Source: Mizuhopecten yessoensis (Eukaryota). Taken from it: DNA of 64,000 nt. Where the stretch lies: contig NW_018408322.1 of assembly GCF_002113885.1 (NCBI RefSeq), positions 1,531,562-1,595,561 of the forward strand, in the 5' to 3' direction. The notes below the pieces were generated by a model, which did no database searches, was not told where the DNA came from, and was given only the letters and a program-made list of their open reading frames with translations. This document shows positions 62,286-64,000 of the stretch, piece by piece (the stretch's first letter is position 1; each line of letters begins with the position of its first letter). Both the position numbers and the translations under genes were made by a program.

Positions 62286-64000
62286 CTTTGATAAAACAAC
62301 TTCAAAGAAAAAACGCTGAAATAAGTTTCTTTCTCATCTATACATGGAGTGTCGGCCATAATTGAAAACATATTTACTATCTTGAATCATTACTTACCGA
62401 CGTATTTTCATTACTTTTAGGGGACATATCGAAGATATGGTGCCTTGTTTGGTACAGAAAAAGTCTGAGTCACATAAGCTTTTTCATGGTGTTTTCAATG
62501 TTTCTATTCTTTGTCTGTTCTTGTAATTGTCATTTCGTATGGCAGCTTCAATGAAGTCGCTGTGTGCAATTGTTTTGTATAATTCTTTAGCAAACATATC
62601 TTCATATTACAAAATTTATCAACGCATGACAAAACCCGTCAAATCATAGATCATGCAATGTGTATCCCTGCGTTCGTACGTTAGCAAGATCAACAAATTT
62701 TCCATTCATGTATTGAACTTTCGAAAGAGTTTGTGTTGGTTTAGAGCGATTCGAGACAAATATTGTGATATGTTCTTTACAAGCAATTTTTCAAGAATTA
62801 TTTTTAGTTTTTCTGTACCATCGAATAATGAAATAAAACTAAATGTTATAATAAGATCCAACCATTTCGTTATTTTCATTTTTAAAGTTTAAACCTATTT
62901 CCTTCAGTGTTTTTAGTGTTATACGTTGTAGAAGGGTTATTTTTTATTGTTGCCTGGCCCGATGTGACTTTACTGCTGCTTAAAAACTCAGAAAGTAAAC
63001 ATAGTACTTCTGTAATATTTTAATGCAAATAAGAAAAAAACAATTTTTACAACGTTAAGTAAAATCTGATACTTCTTTTTGTCAGCTTAGGATAATATGC
63101 AAGCTTTAAAATGTGATTTTGTAAATGAGAAAATATTTCTTGTTTATCAGCAATTAAGACTATGTTATGCAATGCAAAAAAAAAGATTATTTTATGGTGC
63201 AAATATGCTAAATGGAGTTTTCATTTTTACGTTTAAGGAGCATGCAGGTACAGTAACTAGTCATCCTACGTGATTTAATGGGGAACGTAAGATCTCACCT
63301 ATACATTTTGGTATTAGATACTGTATATTAAAAATAGATCGCACTGCATCATACTTCTAGAACTCATCGTTGATGCTTGGACCAAAAAGGTTAAGCAACA
63401 AATTGTTCTAAATAACTTTTGAAATAGACAGAGTGGTAAAAAAACACCTTTCTTATTTGAAAATTAGAAATAGGAGGAGTAGAGGGTAATTTCAAATCAA
63501 TGATGAGTACAATGTGTACACAATTTTATCATGTCCCGCGTCAGTTAAGAACAACTCCAATCAGGGATCAGGGAGAGGGAAAGAAAACAACAGCATCCAT
63601 TCTTTTCAAAATAATTGCGATTATGTAGACATTCTCCTTCAATACTCGCTTTCTGTTTGGCCATATTTACAGCTAAGGTGGTATTCGATGATGACAGAAA
63701 GGAAAGACAGTACTTTTCAGTACGGCAAATCAGGAGGCCTACATATTCAATACGAAGAAACGAAATTTGTTCACATTCGTAATGCATAGACTGAGGAAAG
63801 AAATGATTGGACCCAGTAGTGTAAAAAATGTCACGGAAAAGGTCAGTTCGGCTGGACACCAGACCGCAGTAGCTGTTTGTTAGCTTTAACCGGGCTTGGT
63901 GAAATATTCCAACAAATGCTAATAAGAAACAAAGGCAACTTTAAAAGCATTTTTTCTTTTTTTTAAACTTTTCCCACAACTCTTTCGCAGTGAAAAAGAT

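Noticed and set aside
1-64000. Most ORFs in the six-frame track
   Set aside because: They are 60-180 aa, often with non-ATG starts, have low-GC random composition and no recognisable domains, as expected by chance in intronic DNA. Several simply overlap SINEs.
1-64000. Strand bias of SINE insertions relative to the putative host gene
   Set aside because: Copies occur on both strands and numbers are too small to test.

Overview
AT-rich (roughly 35% GC by eye) eukaryotic genomic DNA, not prokaryotic: no operons, rRNA or CRISPR arrays, and almost all short six-frame ORFs look like chance ORFs. The repeat content (tRNA-headed V-, Meta- and CORE-type SINEs, Helentron-associated elements with (GGAC)n and ~150-bp internal arrays, I/Nimb, L2 and RTE-X LINE ends, Tigger and MULE remnants) points to a bivalve mollusc, probably a scallop (inference). 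The one convincing host-gene piece is a 48-nt minus-strand exon (28866-28913, xIDDRWEQWWGYDSTSG) matching the N-terminal motif of carbonic anhydrase-related proteins (CA10/CARP-like), so much of the window is probably intron of that gene. The most unusual signal is two ~1-kb elements of largely different sequence (10775-11797 and 21493-22608) that share one architecture: a long terminal hairpin with repeated tandem G.A mismatches, and an internal inverted copy of the joined element ends (like a DIRS internal complementary region). This suggests a folded single-stranded circular intermediate for Crypton-like elements. Several short retroelements also share a two-hairpin 5' module in place of a working tRNA promoter. 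All family assignments are from motif recognition, without database searches.
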